From a virus: a stretch of DNA of 46,626 nt. The position numbers and the translations under genes were made by a program. The stretch spans positions 1 through 46,626 of IMG/VR virus record IMGVR_UViG_3300037851_000404; one strand, 5' to 3'. Below are positions 1 to 9,068 of the stretch, in pieces (position 1 is the first letter of the stretch; each line of letters starts with the position of its first letter). The notes under the pieces are model-generated. The model was not told the origin of the DNA, did no database searches, and worked only from the letters and a program-made list of their open reading frames with translations.

Positions 1-127
1 GGGCGGTGCAGAGCAACTAATGCAGATGAAATCCCTCATGATGGGATACGAGAATTGGGCAATCATCACTGACCCAATCATCCACATTGGTCCCTACACT
101 CCGGCAGTAATTCAGACTGGCCAATAC
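1..127. repeat. 127-bp terminal direct overlap, identical to 46500..46626 (circular-assembly signature)
   Basis: Read base by base. gggcggtgcagagcaactaatgcagatg...cagactggccaatac occurs at both window ends. The overlap lies inside an ORF, not in an intergenic region. Confidence 0.95.
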
Positions 128-391
128 AAGTACCGCACCTACTCAGCCAATGGCAACTACCCTCACGGCTTCGGAGTCTTAGTCTCCTACGCAGTCCTCG
201 GAGGCGAAGATGGCTACAAGCATGCTAAACTTGGAGAGCAGCAATTTACTAATCGTCACAAGATTCGCGTCGACGACTACTGGGCAAAAGCGATGGAAGT
301 TGGCAAAGCTGAACATGAATGGCTTAATGAACGCAAGAAGTACGACTACCTAGAAATTCTTTCAACTAAACCTTGGGAACAAGTTACTTAA
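1..391 (+). CDS. GT-A glycosyltransferase, C-terminal part (same gene as 45919..46626, continued across the junction)
   Basis: Frame of 45919 is continuous with the 20..391 ORF (46519 corresponds to 20). No stop until TAA at 389-391. Carries ...WGGAEQLMQMKSLMMGYENWAIITDPIIHIG... Confidence 0.8.
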   Translation, partial: GGAEQLMQMKSLMMGYENWAIITDPIIHIGPYTPAVIQTGQYKYRTYSANGNYPHGFGVLVSYAVLGGEDGYKHAKLGEQQFTNRHKIRVDDYWAKAMEVGKAEHEWLNERKKYDYLEILSTKPWEQVT

Positions 392-405
392 ATCATTTAA
401 TCATC
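383..405. repeat. 23-bp AT-rich palindromic boundary motif, copy 1
   Basis: GTTACTTAAATCATTTAATCATC. Contains the TAA stop of the glycosyltransferase (389-391) and ends 1 nt before the terL ATG at 407. Confidence 0.85.
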
Positions 406-406
406 T

Positions 407-1972
407 ATGCTAAACGGAATAGAAAATACTGAGCCTATTAGAGACTCTCTCGAGTCTAACCTCTTAGGTCTTTGCAGCTTCAGCACTCGCATGTGCGCTC
501 AGACATTCTTTCCTGAGCGCTTCACTATGCCATTTGCCGAGAATGTCCATGGAGAAATCTTCAAACTCATTGACTCCACTCACAACAAAATAGCCATCGC
601 TGCACCTCGTGGATGGGGAAAGACTTCAATTGTCGCCCTTGCTCTAATGTCTCGTTACATCCTCTTCCACCACACTCACTTCATCTGCTACATCAACAAG
701 TCTCATGATGCCGCTTCACTTCAAACTGAAAACCTTCGTCGTGAACTTGTAACCAACAAGATGATCAAACACTACTTCGGCTCCTTCAAAGAGCGCGATG
801 TGAACAAGCATGAATTTGAAGAAGTTTTCAGCAAAAAGGCCTGGGTCGCCTACAACACCTTAGTCTGGCCTCGAGGCGCTGGTCAGCAAGTCCGTGGTGT
901 CCTCTTTAAAAATGACCGCCCTGGACTCATAATCATAGACGACCTTGAAGACCCTGAGAAGATCGAAAATGAAGAGATTCGCAAGGGCTGGTACCAGTGG
1001 CTCTACGCAGACGTAATTAAGGCAGTTCCTCGACTCCACAGAAATTGGAAAATCGTCTACATTGACACCTTAAAACATGAAGACTCTGTATTGCAAAAAC
1101 TTCTGGATTCTCCAGAGTGGCAAAGTGTTCGTCTCGAAGCGTGCGACGACAACTTCAATCCAACCGCTCCACAATTCATGTCTAAGGATGACATCTCGCG
1201 TGAATGGCAGGAGCACGTCGACGCTGGTCAAACCGACGTCTTCTTCCGAGAACTCCGAAATCTCCCAATCTCCACCAAAGATTCTGCATTTCGTAGAGAG
1301 TATTTCCACTACTACAATCTACCTCCTGATAGAGCTAAGTCTGAAAGCGATCTATCTCTCACCGACGCTGATGTTCAAAATGACAGGAATATTGAGACAG
1401 TTGTCATCCTCGATCCAGCAAAGACTGTCAAAATTCACTCTGCCGAGTCTGCTATTATAAGCGTAGGAATAGACATCAATAGCGCCAGACTCTTCATTAG
1501 GGATGCAATCTCAGAAAAACTATACCCTGATGAAATTTACAAAGCTCTCTTCGGAATGGCTATTCGCCACAATGCTAAGGTAATAGGCATTGAAGAAACT
1601 TCTCTCAATGAGTTTATCAAACAGCCTATCAAAAATGAGATGTTTAAGCGTGGCAAGTTCTTTGAACTAGTCTGGCTTAAAGCTCGCGGCGGGATGAAGA
1701 AAGAACTTCGTGTCAAGGAACTGGTCCCTTACTACCGTCTTGGCTACATCTATCACAACGCTAGATGTGAACCAATCAAAAAGCTTGAGTCCCAACTCCT
1801 AATGTTCCCTCGATCAGCCCTCTGGGATTTAATGGACTGTGAGGCATACATAGTGGAAATGCTCGAACTTGGTGAGCGCTATTTCAGTCCCACTATGGAC
1901 CCTGAAGACTCAGAAGCTGAATTCAAAGAACTCGAATACGACGATCCTATGGACAATTGGAGAGTAGTTTGA
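407..1972 (+). CDS. terL: Terminase large subunit
   Basis: 521 aa. Walker A AAPRGWGKTS, Walker B LIIIDDLED, and a C-terminal nuclease-like region (VVILDPAK...). Lies upstream of the portal gene. Confidence 0.85.
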   Translation: MLNGIENTEPIRDSLESNLLGLCSFSTRMCAQTFFPERFTMPFAENVHGEIFKLIDSTHNKIAIAAPRGWGKTSIVALALMSRYILFHHTHFICYINKSHDAASLQTENLRRELVTNKMIKHYFGSFKERDVNKHEFEEVFSKKAWVAYNTLVWPRGAGQQVRGVLFKNDRPGLIIIDDLEDPEKIENEEIRKGWYQWLYADVIKAVPRLHRNWKIVYIDTLKHEDSVLQKLLDSPEWQSVRLEACDDNFNPTAPQFMSKDDISREWQEHVDAGQTDVFFRELRNLPISTKDSAFRREYFHYYNLPPDRAKSESDLSLTDADVQNDRNIETVVILDPAKTVKIHSAESAIISVGIDINSARLFIRDAISEKLYPDEIYKALFGMAIRHNAKVIGIEETSLNEFIKQPIKNEMFKRGKFFELVWLKARGGMKKELRVKELVPYYRLGYIYHNARCEPIKKLESQLLMFPRSALWDLMDCEAYIVEMLELGERYFSPTMDPEDSEAEFKELEYDDPMDNWRVV

Positions 1973-2379
1973 GAACTGAAGCTGATTATATAGAAAGGAA
2001 GGGTTTCGGACGAAGGGCTACCGATGGCACTTGTCCACTGCACAATCTAGTCCACGATGACAATGAGAAGGACCACACTCATATGTGTGGAAAGATTGCT
2101 AAGGTCGATTCTAAAATGGATCACAAGGTTGACAAGAGTGATTTCTACTGGCTAATTGGAGTTGTAATAGTAGTCATCTCAACAGTGGTTGGCGCAACCA
2201 ATTTATGGCTCAGATCAGACATCAAGGATGGCCTAACAGTAATTGACCGACGAGTAACTGAAAACGCTGAAGAACGTAAACAAGACATAAAAGCTATAAC
2301 TTCAGAACTCAAGTCAATCTCATCTGATCAGCAAGTCATTAAGCATCGAGTAGGTGAGATTGAGAGTAAGGTGAAATAA
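1957..2379 (+). CDS. Hypothetical membrane protein with C-terminal coiled coil
   Basis: 140 aa from a TTG start overlapping the terL end; start uncertain. One TM segment FYWLIGVVIVVISTVVGATNLWL. Confidence 0.45.
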   Translation: MESSLRTEADYIERKGFGRRATDGTCPLHNLVHDDNEKDHTHMCGKIAKVDSKMDHKVDKSDFYWLIGVVIVVISTVVGATNLWLRSDIKDGLTVIDRRVTENAEERKQDIKAITSELKSISSDQQVIKHRVGEIESKVK

Positions 2380-2402
2380 GATGATTAAATCATTTAAATA
2401 TC
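2380..2402. repeat. 23-bp AT-rich palindromic boundary motif, copy 2 (degenerate)
   Basis: GATGATTAAATCATTTAAATATC. Contains the ATG at 2381 and encodes the first residues MIKSFKY. Confidence 0.7.
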
Positions 2403-3964
2403 TGGTTTTTGCACTCCTTCTCTTAATAACTCCAGCTTATGCAGCTAACTACTATTTCAACCTCGCAAGTGGAAATGACACAACTGGCGATGGCACAGCT
2501 GGAAATCCCTGGAAGACCATCGACAAGTGTACTACCTCAAGGTCAGCTGGTGATGAGTGCCGCGGAGCTAAGACGGCAATCACAACTCTCTCCGGCACTC
2601 TCACCTTCACAGACGGAAGCACCAGCGTTGCGACTTCGGTTGACCAAACTGGAACCGTTGCGGCAGGTGACGTAATTGGAAAGAACTCCGGCCTTGAGGG
2701 ATGGTGGCAGGTTGCTTCACTTACTTCAACTACAATCACCTTAACTGCTCAATATTGGGGCCTTTCTGGCTCCGGAGATGCTGTAACAGGATATAGTATT
2801 GCCCCAATTACAGCAACTGAGGAATATGATCTTAACTCGTCTGGGTCAGAAGGTAATTTAATCAAGGTATCTGGTGGCTGGGACCTTGCTGGTGGTCCAA
2901 CACAGGACGGACTTACTTATGTTTCAACAGCTTATAATGGTATAGATGCAAATGCAAAAAGTTACGTTGAAGTAAGTAAATTTATCTTTCGGCCTACAAC
3001 AGGCAACTGCATGGGTGGGACAGGTACAAATATATCATTTACAGATATATTTTGTGTGGGTGGAACTTCAAGTAATCAATATGCGCTTAATTTGCATAGT
3101 TACACAACACTAACGCGATGTGTGGGAACTGGAGGTGTAGCAAGTACTTTTGTTTTTCTTGGGCCAGTGGTTGCAACAGATTGTTATAGCTTTAGTTCAG
3201 GTAATAGCTCTTCTGACTGTGGTATTGAGGCTGGATTTTCTGGTGTATACGAGAATGCAAGAGTCTATAATTCATATGGAAATGGATTCTGCTTTCCTAT
3301 AAGATCTGGCAACAACCATTTTAATGATCCTGTCTCAGTAAAAACAAGGGCAAGCTCAAATTTTTATTTCTTAGGGACAGGAAATAATTGGTTTTACAAT
3401 GCAACTGCTTCTGATGCAGCGACTTATGCGGTTCAAGTGTACACTGGTGATTGTTTCAATAATTACTTTATAGAGTCATCTTTAACAGCTGGGAGCAGTG
3501 GTTTATTTAATAATCCGGTAAGTTTTCAAAGTACACTTTTACCAGCTGCAGTTATTAAACCCCCAGGTAGTGATGCTATATATTATTATTATGATGGTAA
3601 AATAGAGCATGACTCTTCATCAGAATGCCGGTCTGGTAAATGCTTAAAATTTACTCCTACATCAGCTACTGTTCCGCTCGCCTATAAGGTTGGAAATGTA
3701 AAAATACCAAGTGCATCAAGCGATTTAACTCTTTATATCTATCTCAAGGATGATTCCAGTTTTAATGGAGTTGTTAGTTTTATTGTAGATAGGAATGGAG
3801 AATTTATATCAATAACTTACAAGACTCCAAGTACTTCGTGGGTACAGCAGTCTATTGTTGTAGGTTCAAGTGATTTAGTAGCTAATGAATATTTGGATCT
3901 TTATGTTATTGTATCTGGTACAGCTGGAAACATCTACGTTGACGACTTCAGCGCGGATCAGTAA
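2381..3964 (+). CDS. Right-handed beta-helix (pectate-lyase-like) protein with N-terminal signal peptide; candidate depolymerase or tailspike
   Basis: 527 aa. N-terminus MIKSFKYLVFALLLLITPAYA/ANYY looks like a Sec signal. SGNDTTGDGTAGNPWKTI is the typical start of parallel beta-helix proteins. Gly/Ser/Thr/Asn-rich repeats follow. Confidence 0.55.
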   Translation: MIKSFKYLVFALLLLITPAYAANYYFNLASGNDTTGDGTAGNPWKTIDKCTTSRSAGDECRGAKTAITTLSGTLTFTDGSTSVATSVDQTGTVAAGDVIGKNSGLEGWWQVASLTSTTITLTAQYWGLSGSGDAVTGYSIAPITATEEYDLNSSGSEGNLIKVSGGWDLAGGPTQDGLTYVSTAYNGIDANAKSYVEVSKFIFRPTTGNCMGGTGTNISFTDIFCVGGTSSNQYALNLHSYTTLTRCVGTGGVASTFVFLGPVVATDCYSFSSGNSSSDCGIEAGFSGVYENARVYNSYGNGFCFPIRSGNNHFNDPVSVKTRASSNFYFLGTGNNWFYNATASDAATYAVQVYTGDCFNNYFIESSLTAGSSGLFNNPVSFQSTLLPAAVIKPPGSDAIYYYYDGKIEHDSSSECRSGKCLKFTPTSATVPLAYKVGNVKIPSASSDLTLYIYLKDDSSFNGVVSFIVDRNGEFISITYKTPSTSWVQQSIVVGSSDLVANEYLDLYVIVSGTAGNIYVDDFSADQ

Positions 3965-4639
3965 ATGGCAGAAATTAAATCTGACAACTTAGATGATCAG
4001 AATTTAGGGCAGCCAGTAGTAGGCCCTCGAGACACTACCGGCTCGCTCGACGATCAACATCTTGGCCAGCCAGTTGTTGGATTTGAGTTTGGAACAACCA
4101 CTGCTCCGACAACCTTAGGAGGTACCACAAGTGCTCCTACTACGGCTCCTCCAACTACTTTGGCTCCTACTTCTCTGGCTCCTACAACACTTACTCCCTC
4201 AACAAGCGCCCCTACGACGGCAGCGCCTACGACTCCAGAGCCGACAACTCTTCCACCTACAACACCTGAGCCGACATCGCTAGCTCCCACTACCCTTGCA
4301 CCTACAACTCAAGCGCCGACTACAGGGGCGCCAACAACAGTCACTCCTACGACTCAAGCTCCGACGACACTAGCTCCAACAACTATTGCACCTACAACCT
4401 TAGCACCTACTACAGCAGTTCCAACTACATCTGTTCCAACAACAGTTCTACCTACAACACTTGGCCCGACTACCATTCTAGGCTCGACTGTTCCACCTAC
4501 TACCGAATACCCTGCATGTCCAGTAGCGGAACTATCTACAATCAATGATGAGATTCTCATCTACTCTCTCATCAAAGATGCCTGGGAAGCCGACTCACTA
4601 ATCGAGGACTCTATAACAGTCTACTCATTGGTGTGCTAA
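3965..4639 (+). CDS. Mucin-like Pro/Thr-repeat protein
   Basis: 224 aa. Residues 43-180 hold 25 x-x-P-T-[TS] pentads (APTT, VPTT, EPTT...). N-terminal duplicated LDDQ[NH]LGQPVVG and C-terminal [IV]YSL[IV] repeats. Confidence 0.7.
   Translation: MAEIKSDNLDDQNLGQPVVGPRDTTGSLDDQHLGQPVVGFEFGTTTAPTTLGGTTSAPTTAPPTTLAPTSLAPTTLTPSTSAPTTAAPTTPEPTTLPPTTPEPTSLAPTTLAPTTQAPTTGAPTTVTPTTQAPTTLAPTTIAPTTLAPTTAVPTTSVPTTVLPTTLGPTTILGSTVPPTTEYPACPVAELSTINDEILIYSLIKDAWEADSLIEDSITVYSLVC
4091..4504 (+). repeat. 15-nt-period coding repeat (x-x-Pro-Thr-Thr)x25
   Basis: GCNCCNACNACN-type units with synonymous third-position variation between units, read directly. Confidence 0.85.
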
Positions 4640-4640
4640 A

Positions 4641-4961
4641 ATGTCTGACAAAGTATTCGTAAACGATACTGTGCTACTCACACTTGCAACAGGCAAAGTG
4701 TTGAGTGGCTTCACAGACTGCAAGATAAAATTTGAAAAGCCTAATGGTGTTAGGGGACTTTGGGCATCTGCAATCCACCCCTCAAATTCCCAAGCCATTC
4801 GATCCTCTGTTTCCTTTGACCTTGCTGGAGTTTGGAAGGTCCAAGCTTTTGTATCTAAAGTGGGTGAAAAGTACCATGGAATGAAGGTCGACATAAGAGT
4901 ATTTGAACCACTTGGTCCTGATACAACTGTTCCACCCACCACAGTTCCACCAACAACTTAG
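4641..4961 (+). CDS. Small beta-sandwich-like protein with C-terminal TTVPPTTVPPTT tail
   Basis: 106 aa, starts 2 nt after the previous stop. The C-terminal Pro/Thr tract is encoded at about 4918-4958. Confidence 0.55.
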   Translation: MSDKVFVNDTVLLTLATGKVLSGFTDCKIKFEKPNGVRGLWASAIHPSNSQAIRSSVSFDLAGVWKVQAFVSKVGEKYHGMKVDIRVFEPLGPDTTVPPTTVPPTT

Positions 4962-4970
4962 GAGGATTAG

Positions 4971-5384
4971 ATGAAGAAATTAGCTTGCTTATTCATGGCT
5001 TTGTTACTCTTGACTCCACTCAACTTGATTGCTGCATCTGTTAATCAGTCAATCAAGGTTGAATGGCAGCAGGAAGCATCTGACTATCCACTGATTGCTA
5101 GCTGGACCCTTTACTGGGCTGATAGTGAAGTCGGTCCATGGCAGCCTGCTCTGACTATTGATCATGTTGGAAGTGACCCACTTAATTCTGCTCAGGGTAC
5201 TCTAACTATTATTGGAAATCCAGGGCAGTCAATTACTAAATACTTTCGCTTGACGGCATGGAGCCGAACATCAACTGGTGAAACTGCTCCTAGTAATGTC
5301 GCCCAAGCTACTTTCAAAATTCCTGATGTTGGTCCTAAGGTTCCAAGTTCCTTGACCATTCAGGTGATTATTCAAGCTCAATGA
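4971..5384 (+). CDS. Signal-peptide protein, FN3/Ig-like
   Basis: 137 aa. MKKLACLFMALLLLTPLNLIAAS looks like a Sec signal. RBS AGGAGG lies upstream. W-rich beta-strand pattern. Confidence 0.55.
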   Translation: MKKLACLFMALLLLTPLNLIAASVNQSIKVEWQQEASDYPLIASWTLYWADSEVGPWQPALTIDHVGSDPLNSAQGTLTIIGNPGQSITKYFRLTAWSRTSTGETAPSNVAQATFKIPDVGPKVPSSLTIQVIIQAQ

Positions 5385-5956
5385 GCAAGAAAGTTTGCAT
5401 AGTCGGCTGCAACGCCAACAATGTTGAAGCTCCCTTCAGTGAAAAGGGCTGGGAGTTCTGGGGAATAAATTGCTTGTACCTATACCTAAATTCCAGCCCT
5501 TTCACTCGATGGTTTGAGATTCATAAGTTCTCAGTAACACTAGGTGGAACTTGGCTTAGGAAGGGCAAACGAGAGTACATGGGAACTTCGGTTAACCTAT
5601 ATCTCTCTGGGCTTAACTCACTGGAAATCCCAGTCTACATGCAGCACAAGATTCCACTTATTTGGAAATCTATTGCATTCCCAAAGGCTGAAATTACTAA
5701 CAAATTTGGAAACTATTTCACATCCTCAGCTGCATGGATGATGGCTTTAGCGATTCACGAGGGCTTTGATACAATAGGTCTGTATGGCCTCAACATGGAT
5801 CATGAGAGCGAATATCACTTTCAAAAGCCCTGTCTCGAATACTACATAGGACTGGCAAAAGGATTAGGAATAGAAATACTGACGCCTGAAAACTGTGGAC
5901 TACTTCATAGTGACCATCTTTATGGATTTGATGAGATAATTAAATCATTTAATTAA
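5381..5956 (+). CDS. Putative CstII/Maf (GT42/DUF115)-like glycosyltransferase
   Basis: 191 aa. KKVCIVGCNANN N-terminus and FTSSAAWMMALAIHEGFDTIGLYGLNMD resemble, from memory, the CstII motifs KKVIIAGNGPSL and ITSGVYMCAVAIALGYKEIYLSGIDFY. ATGA overlap with the upstream gene. Confidence 0.35.
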   Translation: MSKKVCIVGCNANNVEAPFSEKGWEFWGINCLYLYLNSSPFTRWFEIHKFSVTLGGTWLRKGKREYMGTSVNLYLSGLNSLEIPVYMQHKIPLIWKSIAFPKAEITNKFGNYFTSSAAWMMALAIHEGFDTIGLYGLNMDHESEYHFQKPCLEYYIGLAKGLGIEILTPENCGLLHSDHLYGFDEIIKSFN

Positions 5957-5957
5957 C
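5935..5957. repeat. 23-bp AT-rich palindromic boundary motif, copy 3
   Basis: GATAATTAAATCATTTAATTAAC. Supplies the TAA stop at 5954-5956 and lies 16 nt upstream of the portal ATG. Confidence 0.9.
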
Positions 5958-5973
5958 TATTCGAGGTCACAAG

Positions 5974-7929
5974 ATGCCTTACATAGTAACTGGAGAACCT
6001 GGTGGAAATTCTAAGACCTTCAGCTCTGCCTACTCTAGGCTCAACTTCGACTACAAATACCCTGAAGGTCTAGACTTAAAACCAGGTAGCGAACTCCACG
6101 ATGATCTTAGAAACAAAATCTGGCAGCGTGCGAGAGAATCTAGAAACGTAATGACTAAAAGATTCTCTTCCTGGAATGAGGTAGATAAAATCCTCACTAC
6201 CTACATTCCAACTAGTCAGAAGGAAAAAGACCTTAAAAAGAAGGACCCTAGAAAACCTATTTCCATAGTATTTCCCTACACCTATTCCATGCTCGAGGCA
6301 TTGCTCACTTACATGTCAATGGCTTTCTTTCAAGACCCTATGTTCCAGTATGAAGGGGTTGAAGATGATGACACTGTAGGTGCAATGCTTCTTGAATTGA
6401 TAGTTAGACTTCACTGCTACAAGACCAAAGTCCCTCTTGCAATCCACACTGCGATCAGAGACAACTTTGCATATGGTGTAGGGATTGGACTCCCTGGGTG
6501 GAAAAGAATTTACGGAAAAGTTCCTGTCAAATCATCTGTGATTGATGAAAGTGGACTAGGCACTAGCAATCAGAGCTTTGTCAACTTCGTCGAATCAATG
6601 ATCTTTGAGGGCAATGATCTATCCAATATCGACCCTTATATGTGGCTCCCTGATCCATCTGTCTCTAGCAATAACATCCAAGATGGTGAATTCGTAGGAT
6701 GGATTGACAGAGATAACTACATGAACTTGTTGAACGAAGAACTTAATGACGAAACCTTGTTCAACGTAAAGTATCTTCGTGAAAAGCGAGATAAGCGATC
6801 TGCATTTTCCATAGACCCTAGCCAGCGTCAACTTAAGTACGGCGGATCTAATGACCTTCACAGAGGGATGACCACTTCAACTCATCCAATAGACAAAATC
6901 AATATGTATGTCACCTTGATTCCAAATGAGTGGAAACTTGGTGATGGTGAGTATCCTGAGAAGTGGTTCTTCACACTGGGTGCAGATGATGTAATCATTA
7001 GGTGCCATCGAGCTAACCACAATCATGGGATGTATCCACTTGCAGTTGCATCTTCCGAATTCGACGGTTACTCTATCACTCCAATGAGTAGACTTGAAAT
7101 CCTCTACGGGCTTCAAGGGGTCCTAGACTTCCTCTTCAACTCTCACGTGGAGAATGTTCGCAAGGCGATCAATGACATGCTAATTGTTGATCCCTTCTTA
7201 GTCAACATCAAAGACCTTGAAGATCCAAACCCAGGCAAGCTCATTCGACTTCGGCGCCCTGCCTGGGGACATGGAGTTGATAAGGTTGTTCAGCAGTTAG
7301 CAGTCCAAGACATCACTCGAGCTAACATTGCAGACAGTGGATACATCACTCAGTGGATGGATCGAATTGCTGGTGCCGATCAATCTATGCAGGGCATGGT
7401 TAGACTTGGTGGCCCTGAGCGTCTCACCAAGGGTGAATTCCAAGGCACTCGAGGCTCTGCAATCAGTCGTCTTCAGCGTCTTGCAATGATTATTGGAATG
7501 CAGTTTATGCAAGACACTGGAACAATGTTCGCAGTTCATACCCAACAATATATGTCTAAGGAAACCTACGTAAAGGTTGTTGGAAGATACAAAGATCAAC
7601 TTCGGGCAACCTTTGGAAACAAAGCTAGTATCAAAGTAACTCCCTACGATCTAGCCATAAACTATGATGTGATCGTTAGGGATGGCTCAATCCCTGGTGG
7701 AAACTTCTCTGAAGCTTGGATGCAGATGTTTTCAACCATAGCTAGCACACCTGAACTTTATCAACAATTCGACATATTTAGAATCTTCACCTACATAGCT
7801 CAGCAACTTGGAGCCAAAAACGTTGAAGATTTTAGAAGGGTTGCGAACAACACTAATGTAACAACTATGCCTGACAACCAGGTAATTGACCAAGTTAACA
7901 AAGGAAACTTAGTCCCTGCAGGTGTGTGA
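5974..7929 (+). CDS. Portal protein
   Basis: 651 aa. Size and position (after terL, before scaffold and capsid). RBS GAGG upstream. Confidence 0.7.
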   Translation: MPYIVTGEPGGNSKTFSSAYSRLNFDYKYPEGLDLKPGSELHDDLRNKIWQRARESRNVMTKRFSSWNEVDKILTTYIPTSQKEKDLKKKDPRKPISIVFPYTYSMLEALLTYMSMAFFQDPMFQYEGVEDDDTVGAMLLELIVRLHCYKTKVPLAIHTAIRDNFAYGVGIGLPGWKRIYGKVPVKSSVIDESGLGTSNQSFVNFVESMIFEGNDLSNIDPYMWLPDPSVSSNNIQDGEFVGWIDRDNYMNLLNEELNDETLFNVKYLREKRDKRSAFSIDPSQRQLKYGGSNDLHRGMTTSTHPIDKINMYVTLIPNEWKLGDGEYPEKWFFTLGADDVIIRCHRANHNHGMYPLAVASSEFDGYSITPMSRLEILYGLQGVLDFLFNSHVENVRKAINDMLIVDPFLVNIKDLEDPNPGKLIRLRRPAWGHGVDKVVQQLAVQDITRANIADSGYITQWMDRIAGADQSMQGMVRLGGPERLTKGEFQGTRGSAISRLQRLAMIIGMQFMQDTGTMFAVHTQQYMSKETYVKVVGRYKDQLRATFGNKASIKVTPYDLAINYDVIVRDGSIPGGNFSEAWMQMFSTIASTPELYQQFDIFRIFTYIAQQLGAKNVEDFRRVANNTNVTTMPDNQVIDQVNKGNLVPAGV

Positions 7930-8252
7930 TGAAATTAGAAAACATTCAAGTAAGAGCATCCAAGGGTGACCTGCAAGAGTTCAAGCGCTCCATTATTTGG
8001 GGAGATATGAAGCGCGAACTTCATGCATGGAGAAAAGCATTTGAAACTGAGATGCGATCCATAGTTGATAATGCATCTAAAGAAAATCCATCTACCGCCA
8101 ACGTCTTAATGCACATCGGAGACATCAATGGAAGGATCAAGGCAGTCGACTACATGATGTCTCTTCTAGATGTCTTCATAGATATATTAGACGTAGAAGA
8201 GCGCAAAAGCACTCAACCAATAACTCAGGAGGATGAACCAGATGGGAACTAA
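7926..8252 (+). CDS. Hypothetical head-module protein
   Basis: 108 aa, ATGA overlap with the portal stop. Confidence 0.5.
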   Translation: MMKLENIQVRASKGDLQEFKRSIIWGDMKRELHAWRKAFETEMRSIVDNASKENPSTANVLMHIGDINGRIKAVDYMMSLLDVFIDILDVEERKSTQPITQEDEPDGN

Positions 8253-9057
8253 AGAAGAAATCAATAAGATGTTTGAATCGCTGGAAAAAGTGATCGAGGA
8301 GAAAACTACGCCTCTTTCAACTGATCCGCCTAAGGCAGATGATCTGAAAACAGATCCGCCGGCAACTAATCCGCCTTCAGATGACGGTAACAAGACTGAT
8401 CCTCCATCCACTGACCCGCCGGAGGATGAGGCTACTAAGTACAAAAGGGAGGCAGACGAGCTCAGGCAAAAACTCGCTGAGATGGAATCTTCCAAGGACA
8501 AACCTCCGAAGACGAAACCTCCTACAACAGACCCTCCTGTGTCTGATGAAGATTTCGTCAAGGATCTTGACTTGGATGATCTTACGTCCGACAAGTCTGC
8601 GCTCAATAAGGTACTCAATGAAATCTATCGTAAGGCAGTAGTAACTGCCAGGCAAGATCTCAAGCGTTCATCTGAAACCCTTGCCAAAGCAGTTCCTGCT
8701 GAAACAGCTGATCTCATCAAAAAGCAGGAAGCCCTTGCTGATATTAGCAAGAAGTTTTACGAATCTAACCCTGACCTCAAGTCCTTCAACAAGGTAGTTG
8801 GAGTTGTCTTTGAGGACATTGCAACAAAGAATCTGGATAAAACCTATCCGCAGATTCTGGAAATGGTAGGTGAAGAAACTAGAAAGCGACTAAACCTTCC
8901 CAAACCGAAGGCTCAACCTGACTCCAAGCCTAATGATAATGACAAACCACCTCCGCTCCCTCGTAAGAAAGGGGCGAAGGTATCTCAGCAACCTAAACCT
9001 GAACCTGGTTCTGTTTTCTCTCAGATCGAGGAAATGAACAAGGTTCTAAATTCCTAG
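8242..9057 (+). CDS. Putative scaffolding protein with TDPP repeats
   Basis: Lies between portal and capsid. Acidic and coiled-coil with TDPP/KPP repeats. GGAGG lies 9 nt before the ATG at 8242 (the ATG at 8233 abuts the RBS). Confidence 0.5.
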   Translation: MGTKEEINKMFESLEKVIEEKTTPLSTDPPKADDLKTDPPATNPPSDDGNKTDPPSTDPPEDEATKYKREADELRQKLAEMESSKDKPPKTKPPTTDPPVSDEDFVKDLDLDDLTSDKSALNKVLNEIYRKAVVTARQDLKRSSETLAKAVPAETADLIKKQEALADISKKFYESNPDLKSFNKVVGVVFEDIATKNLDKTYPQILEMVGEETRKRLNLPKPKAQPDSKPNDNDKPPPLPRKKGAKVSQQPKPEPGSVFSQIEEMNKVLNS

Positions 9058-9068
9058 GAGGTAACAAA

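Noticed and set aside
1-127. Terminal repeat as a physical T7-like DTR or a mobile-element end
   Set aside because: It lies inside a continuous ORF and is exactly 127 bp, a typical assembler k-mer size. No inverted repeat or target duplication is present. A circular-assembly overlap is the simpler explanation.
4054-4560. Minus-strand ORFs 4054..4290 and 4354..4560 (VVG-rich)
   Set aside because: They are the antisense reading of the PTT repeat (ACN ACN GGN read backwards). They have no RBS and overlap a well-supported + gene.
8187-8655. Minus and alternative-frame ORFs over the scaffold gene (8187..8618, 8377..8655, 8381..8641)
   Set aside because: They are low-complexity artefacts of the repetitive TDPP-coding region. 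They lie on the wrong strand or frame within a tightly packed + operon.
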